Origin: Bacillota bacterium
GTDB lineage: Bacteria > Bacillota > Bacilli > Bacillales > Cytobacillaceae
Length of the DNA: 46,111 nucleotides
Reading direction: 5' to 3'
Assembly: GCA_023389895.1 (NCBI GenBank)
Contig: JAEWDX010000125.1
Location: 1 to 46,111, forward strand
Both the position numbers and the translations under genes were made by a program. A model generated the notes under the pieces. That model was not told the origin of the DNA. It was given only the letters and a program-made list of their open reading frames with translations, and ran no database searches. Positions within the stretch are counted from its first letter, which is position 1; each line of letters begins with the position of its first letter. Of the stretch, positions 1-9,514 are shown in pieces.

Positions 1-1
1 C

Positions 2-19
2 TAGTGAATAACATCACAA
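2..19. promoter_or_regulatory. Putative Rex operator upstream of NDH-2 gene
   Basis: TAGTGAA-TAAC-ATCACAA matches TTGTGAA-N4-TTCACAA with 2 mismatches; lies upstream of an NADH dehydrogenase. Confidence 0.55.
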
Positions 20-126
20 ACTCTTTTCAGTATATTAATATAGAAAAAATAAAGAGCAGTCTAAGTTTAAGGAATAAATGAATGCCACATATTCGAAAAA
101 AATAATAAAGGTGGATTTGACACACG

Positions 127-1344
127 ATGAGAAAGCCAAAGATTGTTATTTTAGGAGCAGGTTACGGAGGTTTAATGACAGCAACACGATTACAGAAGGC
201 TATTGGAGTTAATGAAGCTGATATCGTGCTCATTAATAAAAATGATTACCACTATGAAACAACTTGGTTACATGAAGCATCAGCAGGGACATTGCACCCT
301 AATCGTGTTCGTTATGATATTAAAACAATTATTGATCGAAATAAGGTTGAATTTATTCAAGAGACAGCACTTGAAATAAAGCCAGATGAGAAAAAAGTGA
401 TTCTTGAAAATGGAGAAGTTGATTATGATTATTTAGTGGTTGCGCTTGGAGGAGAAACAGAGACATTTGGCATTAAAGGGTTGAAGGAGTATGCGTTTTC
501 AATTGTTAATGTGAATGCAGCTCGTCAAATCCGCAATCATATTGAATATCAATTTGCTACTTATAATACAGAAAATGAAAAGAAAAATGAAAGGCTGACA
601 ATTGTTGTCGGTGGAGCTGGATTTACTGGAATCGAATTTCTTGGTGAGCTAGGAAATCGAGTTCCGGAGCTTTGCAAAGAATATGATGTAGATTACGAAA
701 AGGTAAAAATTCTTTGTGTCGAAGCTGCTCCGATGGTGCTTCCAGGTTTTGACCCTGAATTAGTTGAATATGCAGTTGCTCAGCTTCAGAAAAAAGGTGT
801 TGAATTCCGCATCGGAACGGCAATTAAGGAATGTACCCCAGACGGAATTATCGTTGGGAAAGGTGAAGATGAGACAGAAGAAATTAAAGCGGGTACAGTA
901 GTTTGGGCCGCTGGTGTCCGTGGAAATTCAATTATTGAGAAATCAGGCTTAGAAGCAATGCGCGGGCGTGTGAAAGTGCAGCCAGATTTGAGAGCGCCAG
1001 GCCACGATAATATTTTTATTATTGGGGACTGCTCCTTAATTATTAATGAGGAGATTAACCGTCCATATCCACCTACTGCACAAATTGCGATGCAGCAGGG
1101 GGAAGTATGTGCGCGTAACATTGCTGGATTAATCCGCAATAAAGTAGAGCTTGAAGCATTTAAGCCCGATATTAAAGGTACAGTTTGCTCACTTGGTGAA
1201 GATGATGCAATTGGTGTTGTTTTTGGAAAGAAAATGGTTGGAGCAAAGGCTTCATTTATGAAGAAGATGGTTGATAACCGTGCTCTTTTCATGATTGGTG
1301 GAGCTTCTCTTGTTGCGAAAAAAGGGAAATTTAAGCTTTTATAA
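127..1344 (+). CDS. yumB: Type II NADH:quinone oxidoreductase (YumB/Ndh family)
   Basis: Two Rossmann motifs (GAGYGG, GAGFTG), AQIAMQQG quinone-site motif, synteny with yuiB-E. Confidence 0.92.
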   Translation: MRKPKIVILGAGYGGLMTATRLQKAIGVNEADIVLINKNDYHYETTWLHEASAGTLHPNRVRYDIKTIIDRNKVEFIQETALEIKPDEKKVILENGEVDYDYLVVALGGETETFGIKGLKEYAFSIVNVNAARQIRNHIEYQFATYNTENEKKNERLTIVVGGAGFTGIEFLGELGNRVPELCKEYDVDYEKVKILCVEAAPMVLPGFDPELVEYAVAQLQKKGVEFRIGTAIKECTPDGIIVGKGEDETEEIKAGTVVWAAGVRGNSIIEKSGLEAMRGRVKVQPDLRAPGHDNIFIIGDCSLIINEEINRPYPPTAQIAMQQGEVCARNIAGLIRNKVELEAFKPDIKGTVCSLGEDDAIGVVFGKKMVGAKASFMKKMVDNRALFMIGGASLVAKKGKFKLL

Positions 1345-1435
1345 GACGTTTTCACATCATGAATGAAGGTTTCATAGCCATTCAGCTTATATAATTGAAA
1401 TGATGTTTTAATCGACCTATACGTTAATTCATAAT

Positions 1436-1469
1436 AAAATCGGAAGTTTAATCGCACTTCCGATTTTTT
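1436..1469 (+). terminator. Intrinsic terminator after yumB
   Basis: AAAATCGGAAGT/ACTTCCGATTTT stem followed by T tract. Confidence 0.8.
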
Positions 1470-1562
1470 ATATAACAAAGTCGCTATATTTCCTTTTTGA
1501 TTGACTCATATTAGGGCATTCAGTACACTAAAAGTTGAGTGCTTAAAGGGGGAGTAGAACGT

Positions 1563-1886
1563 ATGCCAATGACTATTTTTATTTTACCGATTTCGATGTT
1601 ACTTTTTTTCGTTTTATTTTTTGGAATAGGCTTTATTTTAAATATGCTTCTAAGAATGTCTTGGATTATGGCAATAGTCTATCCGATAATTGCGATATTC
1701 ATTATTGATAAAGTTCGGTTTATTGAATATTTTACAAATACAAAAAAGGCGTTTTCAAGCCTTGGTACGGAATTATCTCAGCTTGCCATGGCGGATATAC
1801 TCATTTTAAGCAGTGGATTAGTTGGTGCCATTGGTGCAGGTATTACGATTAAACTTCTTCGTAAAAATGGCTATCAAATGTTTTAA
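1563..1886 (+). CDS. yuiB: YuiB family membrane protein
   Basis: Hydrophobic protein with FFGIGFILNMLLRMSW and C-terminal GYQMF; RBS AAAGGGGGAG favours ATG at 1563. Confidence 0.85.
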   Translation: MPMTIFILPISMLLFFVLFFGIGFILNMLLRMSWIMAIVYPIIAIFIIDKVRFIEYFTNTKKAFSSLGTELSQLAMADILILSSGLVGAIGAGITIKLLRKNGYQMF

Positions 1887-1922
1887 GTTGAATTTTTTCA
1901 AAATACATAAGTTGTTTTTTAA

Positions 1923-1950
1923 GTCCCTGCCAAAGGAGGCAGGGCTTTTT
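1923..1950 (+). terminator. Intrinsic terminator after yuiB
   Basis: CCCTGCC/GGCAGGG stem plus TTTTT. Confidence 0.75.
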
Positions 1951-2103
1951 GATATAATTAACTTGGAAAATCGCAGCTAAAAAGCTAAGTTTATTAAAAT
2001 TCCCGAACGTGTTTATTAAGTTTTTTAAATATTTCCACTTCAATTATGAATATTTCCTTGAAAATTGGGAAATGAATATTCATGGGAGGAGTGAAATGAA
2101 AAT

Positions 2104-2826
2104 ATGAATAGATTAAAAAACTGGACAAGGCGAATAGTTATGACAACATTATTTGCTACGGCATTGTTAACAACCTTTCAGTCTATTTCGGGTGTTGAAG
2201 CAAAATCAATTGGAAATTACTTTGGCATAGAGAATTTTTGGAAAAGTGATAAGCTCACGAAAGAAGAAGAGGACTCAAAACATAAGTATAAAACGGTTGA
2301 ATTAGCAAAGAAGTTTTTGAAACGAATGACAAATTCAGATTTAGAAATCTCCTCAAGTGAAGCAGTAACTGGTGAGCCACTAACTTTGGAGGATGCGGTT
2401 GATTGGTCCAAATACCCAGTCAGAACAGTTGTAGCGACGGGTTATACAGCCTTTTATGAATCTACTGGAAAAAACCCTGGTCATCCTGGATTCGGGATTA
2501 CATATTCAGGAGTCAAGGTGAAAAGAGATTTATATTCTACGGTTGCAGCAGATTTAAATGTGTTTCCAATTGGAACGATTTTGTTCATACCCGACTATGG
2601 ATATGGGGTTGTAGCCGATAAAGGTGGAGCCATCAAAGGAAATAAAGTCGATCTTTATTATGAAACGGTGCAGGATGTTTATAATGAATGGGGTAAAAAA
2701 ACGGTTGATGTATATGTGATCGAAATGGGAAATGGTAGGCTTACTGAGGAGCAATTATATGCATTGAATGAAAATGAATCCATGCAAGTTTTTCGTCAGC
2801 AATATATAAAGTCAGAACGGAAATAA
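2104..2826 (+). CDS. yuiC: 3D-domain secreted protein (YuiC, MltA-like/stationary-phase survival family)
   Basis: Signal peptide; [25 protein letters not shown] 3D-domain motifs; synteny. Confidence 0.88.
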   Translation: MNRLKNWTRRIVMTTLFATALLTTFQSISGVEAKSIGNYFGIENFWKSDKLTKEEEDSKHKYKTVELAKKFLKRMTNSDLEISSSEAVTGEPLTLEDAVDWSKYPVRTVVATGYTAFYESTGKNPGHPGFGITYSGVKVKRDLYSTVAADLNVFPIGTILFIPDYGYGVVADKGGAIKGNKVDLYYETVQDVYNEWGKKTVDVYVIEMGNGRLTEEQLYALNENESMQVFRQQYIKSERK

Positions 2827-2834
2827 TTGAATGG

Positions 2835-2875
2835 AAAAAGCAGGATATCTACGAGAAGCTAGATACCTGCTTTTC
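2835..2875. terminator. Bidirectional terminator yuiC/yuiD
   Basis: AAAAGCAGG...CCTGCTTTT hairpin between convergent genes. Confidence 0.75.
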
Positions 2876-2905
2876 TTTGTGAAAAAATGAAATTACTTTC
2901 ATCTT

Positions 2906-3385
2906 TTATAGTGAAAGAAAATAATGAAGGGTAAGTGTTAAAAGAATCCCTGTTAACCCACCGAAAAATACCTCAATTGGTTTATGACCAAGCAATTCCT
3001 TTAATTCGTTTCTTTTCTCACGGCCATCCTTTTTCTGCCACATTTTCGCTTCCTCAATGATGCGGTTAAAGTCAGCGACGAGTTGATTTAGAACAATGGC
3101 TTGCTCACCTGCCTGTCTACGAACTCCAGTTGCATCAAACATGGTAATAATTGCGAAAACAGCTGATACTGCGAAAATTGGGGAATCCAGTCCTGACTCG
3201 ATTGCAACGCCTGTTGAAAGGGCCGTTACCGCAGCGGAGTGGGAACTAGGCATGCCACCCGTACTTGTGAGCAATGCCCAATTTAATTTTTTTGTTGCAA
3301 TAAAATGAATTGGAACTTTTACAAATTGAGCAAAGAGGATGGCTGCAATGGCAGACCAAAGGGGGAAATTCATTAATAGCTCCAT
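2906..3385 (-). CDS. yuiD: Divergent PAP2 family protein (YuiD/DUF212)
   Basis: GGMPSSHSA, DATGVRRQAG and LGHKP motifs. Confidence 0.9.
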   Translation of the reverse strand: MELLMNFPLWSAIAAILFAQFVKVPIHFIATKKLNWALLTSTGGMPSSHSAAVTALSTGVAIESGLDSPIFAVSAVFAIITMFDATGVRRQAGEQAIVLNQLVADFNRIIEEAKMWQKKDGREKRNELKELLGHKPIEVFFGGLTGILLTLTLHYFLSL

Positions 3386-3610
3386 TTATAAACCACCTTT
3401 TTTAGCTAGTTGACGCACAGATGCGAAAAAACTCAAATTAATTCTATTTGTTAAGATGATAATAATAAATGAACTAGAGTGCAATGTTTTTTAAGCAATT
3501 GTCAAAATTACCTGTAGAATTGCCAGTAATATTTTCAGTAGAAAATCTTTAGTTACTCGAAATATTATTCGTTTTTCGTTATAATAAGGTGAATATATGG
3601 AGGTGGAAGA

Positions 3611-5110
3611 ATGTTTTCAGTAATAAATGAATGGAATGTTACGACAGCACATGAATGTTTGATAATAGGTTTATTCGATAAGCCGCAAAAATTCACTGGT
3701 ATTCTTGAGAAGCTTGATAAACAATTTGATGGACAGCTGACAGAGCTTGTGAAAAGTGGGGACCTTCGGGCAAAGAAAAAATCCGTAACAAAGATACATA
3801 CTTTCGGGAAGATTGCGGCGAAGAGATTATTTGTCATCGGGCTAGGGAAAGAAAGAGACTATTCCTTTGAGAGCGTGCGAGAAGCTTTTGGAAAAGTATT
3901 TAAAGAGGTGAATGCTGTTCAGCTTGAAGAAGCTGCGATTTATCTAGATTCTTTTATTAGTGAAAAAGTTGACGCATTAGATGCTGCACATGCGCTCAGC
4001 GAAGCGTTCGCCTTATCAACTTACAAGTTTGAGGATTATAAGCAAAAATCTAATATGCCTGAGAAAAAGATTGAGCGTCTTGTGACATATTGTGAATCTG
4101 CTGATACAGATGAAGTGAAAGCGTCATTAACAGTAGGCTATGCCTATGGAAAAGGGACAAATTCTGCCCGTACACTTGTAAATTTACCTGGCAATATGTT
4201 GACGGCAACAGATATAGCGAGCTATGCGAAAGAACTAGCTGCGAAATATGAGTTTGAAGTCGAAATTCTGGAAAAAGATGATATGTTAAAGCTTGGAATG
4301 GGCGCTCTTCTTGCGGTAAATCAAGGATCCGCTGAACCGCCAAAAATGATTGTTCTTAAATATCAAGGAAAAGAAGAGTGGACAGATGTTATTGGACTAG
4401 TAGGTAAAGGGATCACATTTGATACAGGTGGATATTCTCTTAAACCAAAAGATGGCATCGTTGGGATGAAGACCGATATGGGAGGCGCAGCAGCAGTTCT
4501 TGGTGCGATGGAAATTATCGGTGAACTTCGACCAGAGCAAAACGTTGTTGCCGTTATCCCATCAACCGATAATATGGTAAGTGGATTCGCGTTCAAGCCT
4601 GATGATGTCATTACTTCAATGAGTGGAAAGACAATCGAAGTATTGAACACAGATGCAGAAGGCCGTCTCGTACTTGCAGATGCAGTAACATATGCGAAGC
4701 ATCATGGTGCGAATTACCTTGTTGATGTGGCGACATTGACAGGTGGCGTCATTGTTGCACTCGGAACGAATACAACTGGTGCGCTAACGAATAATGAAGC
4801 ATTATGGGAGCAAGTGCTTGAAGCCTCCTATGAAGCGGGTGAACCAATGTGGCTACTTCCTTTATTCGAAAAAGATAAACAAAGAGTAAGAAGCAGTAAA
4901 ATTGCCGATTTGAACAATTCACCAGGTCGAGAAGGCCATGCGATTATGGGTGGGGCTTTCGTTGGTGAATTTGCTGAAGACACACCTTGGGTTCATTTAG
5001 ATATTGCTGGTACAGCGGTAACAAATAAAGAACATGAGCTTGGACCAACTGGCGCTACAGGTGTAATGGTTCGTACACTTGCTTTATTCGTTGAACGCTT
5101 TGAAAAATAA
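3611..5110 (+). CDS. pepA: Leucyl aminopeptidase (M17)
   Basis: [26 protein letters not shown] motifs; yuiE position. Confidence 0.96.
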   Translation: MFSVINEWNVTTAHECLIIGLFDKPQKFTGILEKLDKQFDGQLTELVKSGDLRAKKKSVTKIHTFGKIAAKRLFVIGLGKERDYSFESVREAFGKVFKEVNAVQLEEAAIYLDSFISEKVDALDAAHALSEAFALSTYKFEDYKQKSNMPEKKIERLVTYCESADTDEVKASLTVGYAYGKGTNSARTLVNLPGNMLTATDIASYAKELAAKYEFEVEILEKDDMLKLGMGALLAVNQGSAEPPKMIVLKYQGKEEWTDVIGLVGKGITFDTGGYSLKPKDGIVGMKTDMGGAAAVLGAMEIIGELRPEQNVVAVIPSTDNMVSGFAFKPDDVITSMSGKTIEVLNTDAEGRLVLADAVTYAKHHGANYLVDVATLTGGVIVALGTNTTGALTNNEALWEQVLEASYEAGEPMWLLPLFEKDKQRVRSSKIADLNNSPGREGHAIMGGAFVGEFAEDTPWVHLDIAGTAVTNKEHELGPTGATGVMVRTLALFVERFEK

Positions 5111-5124
5111 TTATTATTAATGAT

Positions 5125-5165
5125 TAAGACCGTTTTTCTAAGGAAAGAACAGAAAAACGGTCTTA
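5125..5165 (+). terminator. Intrinsic terminator after pepA
   Basis: AAGACCGTTTTTCT/AGAAAAACGGTCTT stem. Confidence 0.75.
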
Positions 5166-5262
5166 TTGTATTTTTAAGAAAAAAAGATAAGTTTGTGGAA
5201 TTTTGATTGTTCGAAAGGTTGGATTAATTTCACGAAGCCTTTTCCGATGAAATAATACGCCG

Positions 5263-5417
5263 AGCTGCGAATCGAGCCAACTCGAAAGGGAAAAACCTCT
5301 GAAGTGACACGCAAAGCCACGAATCGAGCCAACTCAAGGGGAAAAGCCTCTGAAATGACACGCAAAGCTGCGAATCGAGCCAAATCGAAAGGGAAAAACC
5401 TCTGAAGTGACACGCAA
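5263..5417. repeat. Non-coding tandem repeat, 3 x 51-52 bp
   Basis: GAATCGAGCC at 5269, 5321, 5372; unit approx AGCTGCGAATCGAGCCAACTCGAAAGGGAAAAACCTCTGAAGTGACACGCAA. Confidence 0.95.
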
Positions 5418-5577
5418 GCAAAGGGTTGTTTCTTTTTTCAATAAGAGATTATTAGTCGGAAAATAATTATCTGGAGAAAGATATCTCACTTTTTGTAGAA
5501 AGATTGTAACAATTTCCTTAAATATTGAAGTTCTTCAATTCTATAATGTATTTAGTATGAAAAAAATAATATAGAAA

Positions 5578-6756
5578 ATGGTGATGATTATGCATGGAAA
5601 GGGACACCCACATGGACAAGGTCATGGAATGCCAGTTGATTATAGTGAAAATCCGTATATTGTCATTTGGGAAGTTACGAGAGCTTGTCAGCTAAAATGC
5701 ATTCACTGTCGTGCCGATGCTCAACCAAAGCCTGATCCGAACGAGTTAAGCCATGAAGAAGGCTTTAAATTGATCGACCAAATTTACGAAATGAATAATC
5801 CGATGCTTGTCTTTACAGGCGGTGACTGTATGATGAGAGAGGATCTTTTTGAGCTTGCTGATTATGCAGTTAAGAAGGGTATGCGCGTTTCGATGACTCC
5901 GAGCGCTACAGATAATGTAACGAAGGAAAGAATGAAGAGAGCGAAGGAAGTTGGCCTATCAAGATGGGGCTTTAGCCTTGATGGCCCTACACCGGCAATT
6001 CATGATCACTTTAGAGGTACACCAGGCTCTTTCGATTTAACGCTTGAAAAAATTAAGTATTTAAATGAGTTGGAAATGCCGTTGCAAATAAACACGGTCA
6101 TTTCAAAATATAATTATGATTCTCTTGAGCAAATGGCTGAGTTAGTTAAAGATTTAAAGGCAGTCATGTGGTATATTTTCTTACTTGTACCAACAGGTAG
6201 AGGACAGCTAGATGCTTGCTTAACACCTGCCGAGCATGAAAAGGTATTTAGATGGTTGTATGAGCTTGGCAAAACAGCTCCATATGATATTAAAACAACA
6301 GCTGCCCAACATTACCGCAGAGTCGTTCTTCAAGAAAAAGTTAGAGAGCATAAGTTAGATAAAGACACTATTCGCTATGAGGATACGATTACGTTTGACC
6401 AAGATTCCATCATTGATGGCTTAAAGCGGGCACCAAAAGGAGTCAATGACGGAAACGGGTTTATCTTCGTTTCCCATACTGGCGATGTTTTGCCAAGTGG
6501 CTTGTTGCCACTAAAAGTTGGAAATGTTCGAGAAGCTTCTTTGAAGGACATCTATCGTGAGTCACCAATTTTGAAAGAAATTCGTAATCCAGATTTATAC
6601 AAAGGAAAATGCGGTATTTGTGAATATCGTTTCATCTGTGGCGGCTCTCGTTCAAGAACATATGCTGTTACAGGGGACTATTTAGAAAGTGAACCATTCT
6701 GTGTATACATCCCAACCGCTTTACGAAATAAAAAGACTTCTTCCTTAAATGTATAA
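5578..6756 (+). CDS. Radical SAM/SPASM protein of the NirJ/AhbD-related group (TIGR04053-like)
   Basis: WEVTRACQLKCIHCRA (CxxxCxxC), FTGGD, C-terminal CGICEYRFICGGSRSR..C; His-rich N-terminus; true start may be 5590. Confidence 0.85.
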   Translation: MVMIMHGKGHPHGQGHGMPVDYSENPYIVIWEVTRACQLKCIHCRADAQPKPDPNELSHEEGFKLIDQIYEMNNPMLVFTGGDCMMREDLFELADYAVKKGMRVSMTPSATDNVTKERMKRAKEVGLSRWGFSLDGPTPAIHDHFRGTPGSFDLTLEKIKYLNELEMPLQINTVISKYNYDSLEQMAELVKDLKAVMWYIFLLVPTGRGQLDACLTPAEHEKVFRWLYELGKTAPYDIKTTAAQHYRRVVLQEKVREHKLDKDTIRYEDTITFDQDSIIDGLKRAPKGVNDGNGFIFVSHTGDVLPSGLLPLKVGNVREASLKDIYRESPILKEIRNPDLYKGKCGICEYRFICGGSRSRTYAVTGDYLESEPFCVYIPTALRNKKTSSLNV

Positions 6757-6862
6757 TGAAAATACAGTTTCCCCTCATCATTGGAGGGGTTTTCTTTTTT
6801 GAAAAATGTATAATGCAAAATGAAGCAGCCCCTCATCGAATGAGGGGCTTTCTTTTGAAAAA
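6747..6862 (+). terminator. Tandemly duplicated gene end plus intrinsic terminator (2 x ~57-58 bp)
   Basis: AAATGTATAATG at 6747 and 6804; CCCCTCATC..GAGGGG(T/C)TTTCTTTT at 6771 and 6829. Confidence 0.85.
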
Positions 6863-6949
6863 GTCACAAAATATTCATAAATACATAACCAAAAATATAC
6901 CACCGTAGGTATAATAGAAATTAATAAATTAATACGGTGGTGGGTATAA

Positions 6950-7969
6950 TTGACTGAAAATTTAACAAGAAGAACTTTTTTAAAGCGCAGTACAGCTGCA
7001 GGTGTATTAACGACAATGGCTCTTTCAGGAGTAGATAAAGTTGCAGCAGAGGGAAAAGATGTAAGTGTAGCAAAAGGGACAGTAATTGATTTAACGGTTT
7101 GTGATGGCTGTAAAAATGAAGAAATGCCATTATGTGTGTCAGCATGCCGGTTAAAAAATGAGCCGCGTTTTCCAAATCCGAAAGAGGAGGATATTCAACC
7201 ATATTGGCCAAGGGAGAAATTCGAGGATTGGTCGGATAAACGGGATTTGAAGAATCGGTTAACTCCATATAACTGGACGTTTATTGATCGAGTGGAAGTG
7301 GAGCAGGACGGGAAGCTAGAAGAAGTGTTTGTCCCTAGACGCTGTATGCACTGTGACAATCCAACATGTATGAATTTATGTCCTTTCGGAGCGATTAGCA
7401 AAGATAACAATGGGGCCGTTTCGATTGATGAGAGCTTTTGCATGGGTGGAGCAAAGTGCCGTGATGCCTGTCCTTGGGACATTCCACAGCGTCAAGCGGG
7501 AGTTGGCTTATATTTAAAGGTTGCACCTGAATTAGCTGGCGGTGGAGTCATGTATAAGTGTGATTTTTGCGCTGATTTACAAAAGCAAGGAAAAGAGCCG
7601 GCTTGTGTGACATCATGTCCAAAGAATGCCATTCTATTTGGTACGAAGGAGGATATGAAAAAGTATGCATATGAGCGGGCAAAGGAAATTGGTGGTTACG
7701 TTTACGGGGATAAAGAAAATGGCGGGACCGCAACCTTTTATATTTCGAAGGTTCCCTTTGAAAAAATAAATGAAGCGATTAAACAAGATAAACAAAAAAA
7801 CATGGATCAAAAACCTGGACGTCCGACAATGGAGGTAGGGATTGAAAATAAACTAGATTCGTTTTCAGGGATGATGCAAACAGCTATGCTTGCTCCAATT
7901 GCGGGTGCTGTAACTGCTGGTGTGGTCGCCTATCGGACAATGAAGGGAGAAAAGAAGGATGAAGAATAA
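6950..7969 (+). CDS. Tat-exported multi-[Fe-S] ferredoxin-type protein with C-terminal membrane anchor (HybA/FdnH-like)
   Basis: TRRTFLK twin-arginine motif; four Cys groups (CDGC..CVSAC, CMHC..CMNLCP, CMGGAKCRDACP, CDFC..CVTSCP); hydrophobic C-terminal helix; TTG start. Confidence 0.85.
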   Translation: MTENLTRRTFLKRSTAAGVLTTMALSGVDKVAAEGKDVSVAKGTVIDLTVCDGCKNEEMPLCVSACRLKNEPRFPNPKEEDIQPYWPREKFEDWSDKRDLKNRLTPYNWTFIDRVEVEQDGKLEEVFVPRRCMHCDNPTCMNLCPFGAISKDNNGAVSIDESFCMGGAKCRDACPWDIPQRQAGVGLYLKVAPELAGGGVMYKCDFCADLQKQGKEPACVTSCPKNAILFGTKEDMKKYAYERAKEIGGYVYGDKENGGTATFYISKVPFEKINEAIKQDKQKNMDQKPGRPTMEVGIENKLDSFSGMMQTAMLAPIAGAVTAGVVAYRTMKGEKKDEE

Positions 7970-8636
7970 AGCGGGAAAAATCAAAAGGCATTCAAAATCT
8001 AATCGCTTCGTTCATTGGCTGACAGCTGGCTCGATTTTCTTGTTAATTTTTTCTGGATTAGGGCAGATGCCATTGTATCATCGCTATATGGTAACGGAAA
8101 TCCCATTCATGGGGTGGACGGGGAATTATTTTACCACTCTTGTTCTTCATTATTTAGGAGCAATTAGTTTATTATTTATTGTTTTCTATCATATTATTTT
8201 GCATCTACTTCGGAAAGAATTTAGTATTTGGCCACGCAAAGGCGATGTAAAGGAATCAATCCAAATTATTAAGGCGATGTTTACAAAAGGACAGGAACCG
8301 CCAAGCGATAAATATTTAGCAGAACAGCGTTTGGCCTATCTTTTTATTGGTGTGAATGTCATGTTGCTTATCGTTACTGGCATTATTAAGCTTATTAAAA
8401 ATGTACCTGGAGTATCAATGGCAAATGGGGTAATCACTTGGTCAGCCCATATTCATAACTTCGCAACCGTCTTTCTAATCATCGGAATTATTGCCCATTT
8501 AGCTGCTTTTATAATAAAAGCAAATCGAAAGCTATTACCTGGAATGTTTACGGGCTATGTTGATGAAGAATATGTCAAGCATCGTCATCCGATTTGGTAT
8601 AAAAAGTTAAATTTGAAAAAATCGGAAAGTAAATAG
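7959..8636 (+). CDS. Di-haem cytochrome b membrane subunit (FdnI/HyaC-like)
   Basis: Four TM helices with His pattern RFVHW, LHY, IHNF..IIAH; GYVDEEYVKHRHPIWY tail; overlaps upstream gene. Confidence 0.85.
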   Translation: MKNKAGKIKRHSKSNRFVHWLTAGSIFLLIFSGLGQMPLYHRYMVTEIPFMGWTGNYFTTLVLHYLGAISLLFIVFYHIILHLLRKEFSIWPRKGDVKESIQIIKAMFTKGQEPPSDKYLAEQRLAYLFIGVNVMLLIVTGIIKLIKNVPGVSMANGVITWSAHIHNFATVFLIIGIIAHLAAFIIKANRKLLPGMFTGYVDEEYVKHRHPIWYKKLNLKKSESK

Positions 8637-8741
8637 AATAAAGATTAAATATTGAAATTGCCTGTGGGGGTGCAAAAAAGTTAGAGCATTTGAACGCGTG
8701 TTCCACAGGCATTTCGGATCTCGCCAAAATTGCTGTACATG

Positions 8742-9260
8742 CTAAAGACTAAAAAACGAGCTAAGTATATTTTTTTTCTTCAATTTCCTTTTTGGCTTCG
8801 AGTCGTCAAAAATAATCACCTTTTCAGTGAGTGTTTTTTCCTTTGCTTCGTTCTTGGTGGTATCGATTTTAGTTAGCTGTTCAGCTAGATTAGACACTTT
8901 ATTTTGCAGTTCTTCGATTTCATGACGATGCTGTAAAAGCTGATAGGAAACGACTTCATCCGCTTTTTGATCGATCCTTTTTTCTAATTGATCAATTTTT
9001 GCAAGGATATCCTGTGAGATTTCATGCTCCTTCGATTTGAGCATTCCTTTACGGATTTGCTTTTTTTCAACTGTTACTTCCTGTAAAACAGATCCTAGGC
9101 TGATTTGCTTCTGAATCGATTTGAGTAATTCAACGTCCTCCCCTGTGAAAATAAAATGGCCAAGCTCATTCCGTTCCATATTTAGGTCAAGCTGCTTCAC
9201 CCAGCGTTGAATCGTACTTGGTGAAACCTTCAACAACTTTGCAACTGTCGTTGTATTCAA
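8742..9260 (-). CDS. racA: Chromosome-anchoring protein RacA
   Basis: MerR-like HTH (VAKLLKVSPSTIQRWVKQL..RNELGH), KADEVVSYQLLQHR coiled coil; TTG start with GGAGG RBS. Confidence 0.88.
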   Translation of the reverse strand: MNTTTVAKLLKVSPSTIQRWVKQLDLNMERNELGHFIFTGEDVELLKSIQKQISLGSVLQEVTVEKKQIRKGMLKSKEHEISQDILAKIDQLEKRIDQKADEVVSYQLLQHRHEIEELQNKVSNLAEQLTKIDTTKNEAKEKTLTEKVIIFDDSKPKRKLKKKNILSSFFSL

Positions 9261-9286
9261 TGCACTCCCTCCTTTATGAATAAGTG

Positions 9287-9343
9287 ATTCTCGCTATTAA
9301 ATTAGAATCCTTCCCACATGACAAAACAAGTTGCTATTCGGCA
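9287..9343 (-). promoter_or_regulatory. Sigma-H promoter and Spo0A box for racA
   Basis: Minus strand GAAGGATT...GAGAAT fits the sigma-H consensus; TGCCGAA (0A-box type) at 9343-9337; racA is sigH/Spo0A-controlled in B. subtilis. Confidence 0.65.
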
Positions 9344-9514
9344 AAGAAAGTGGATTTATAACAAGTTTCCTTACAGAAATCATCGGAAAAAATCCGCATA
9401 ATGGAAGGAGAAAATCAAGCTTTTGATCTATTCACTGCTTCATTGACGTCAATAAATCTATAACTTATTATTATACATAGGAATAATATCTATAAAAAAA
9501 GGGGAGTAAGTGAA

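Noticed and set aside
786..1478. 230-aa minus-strand ORF
   Set aside because: Antisense shadow of yumB with no recognisable motif; the same applies to the other ORFs nested antisense or out of frame in pepA, ald, proS, DUF1646, pbpD, rocD, the permease and pgi
5263..5417. CRISPR interpretation of this array and of those at 30315 and 46009
   Set aside because: The 52-bp arrays have no unique spacers; the 30315 repeat (8 bp) and spacers (12-13 bp) are far too short; no cas genes in the window
5174..5421. Two minus-strand ORFs with repeated peptide units
   Set aside because: By-products of the 51-52-bp satellite; the unit length shifts frame and there is no RBS
6854..6868. Possible Fnr site TTTGA-N5-TCACA
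   Set aside because: Spacing is 5 rather than the 6 of TGTGA-N6-TCACA and one half-site mismatches
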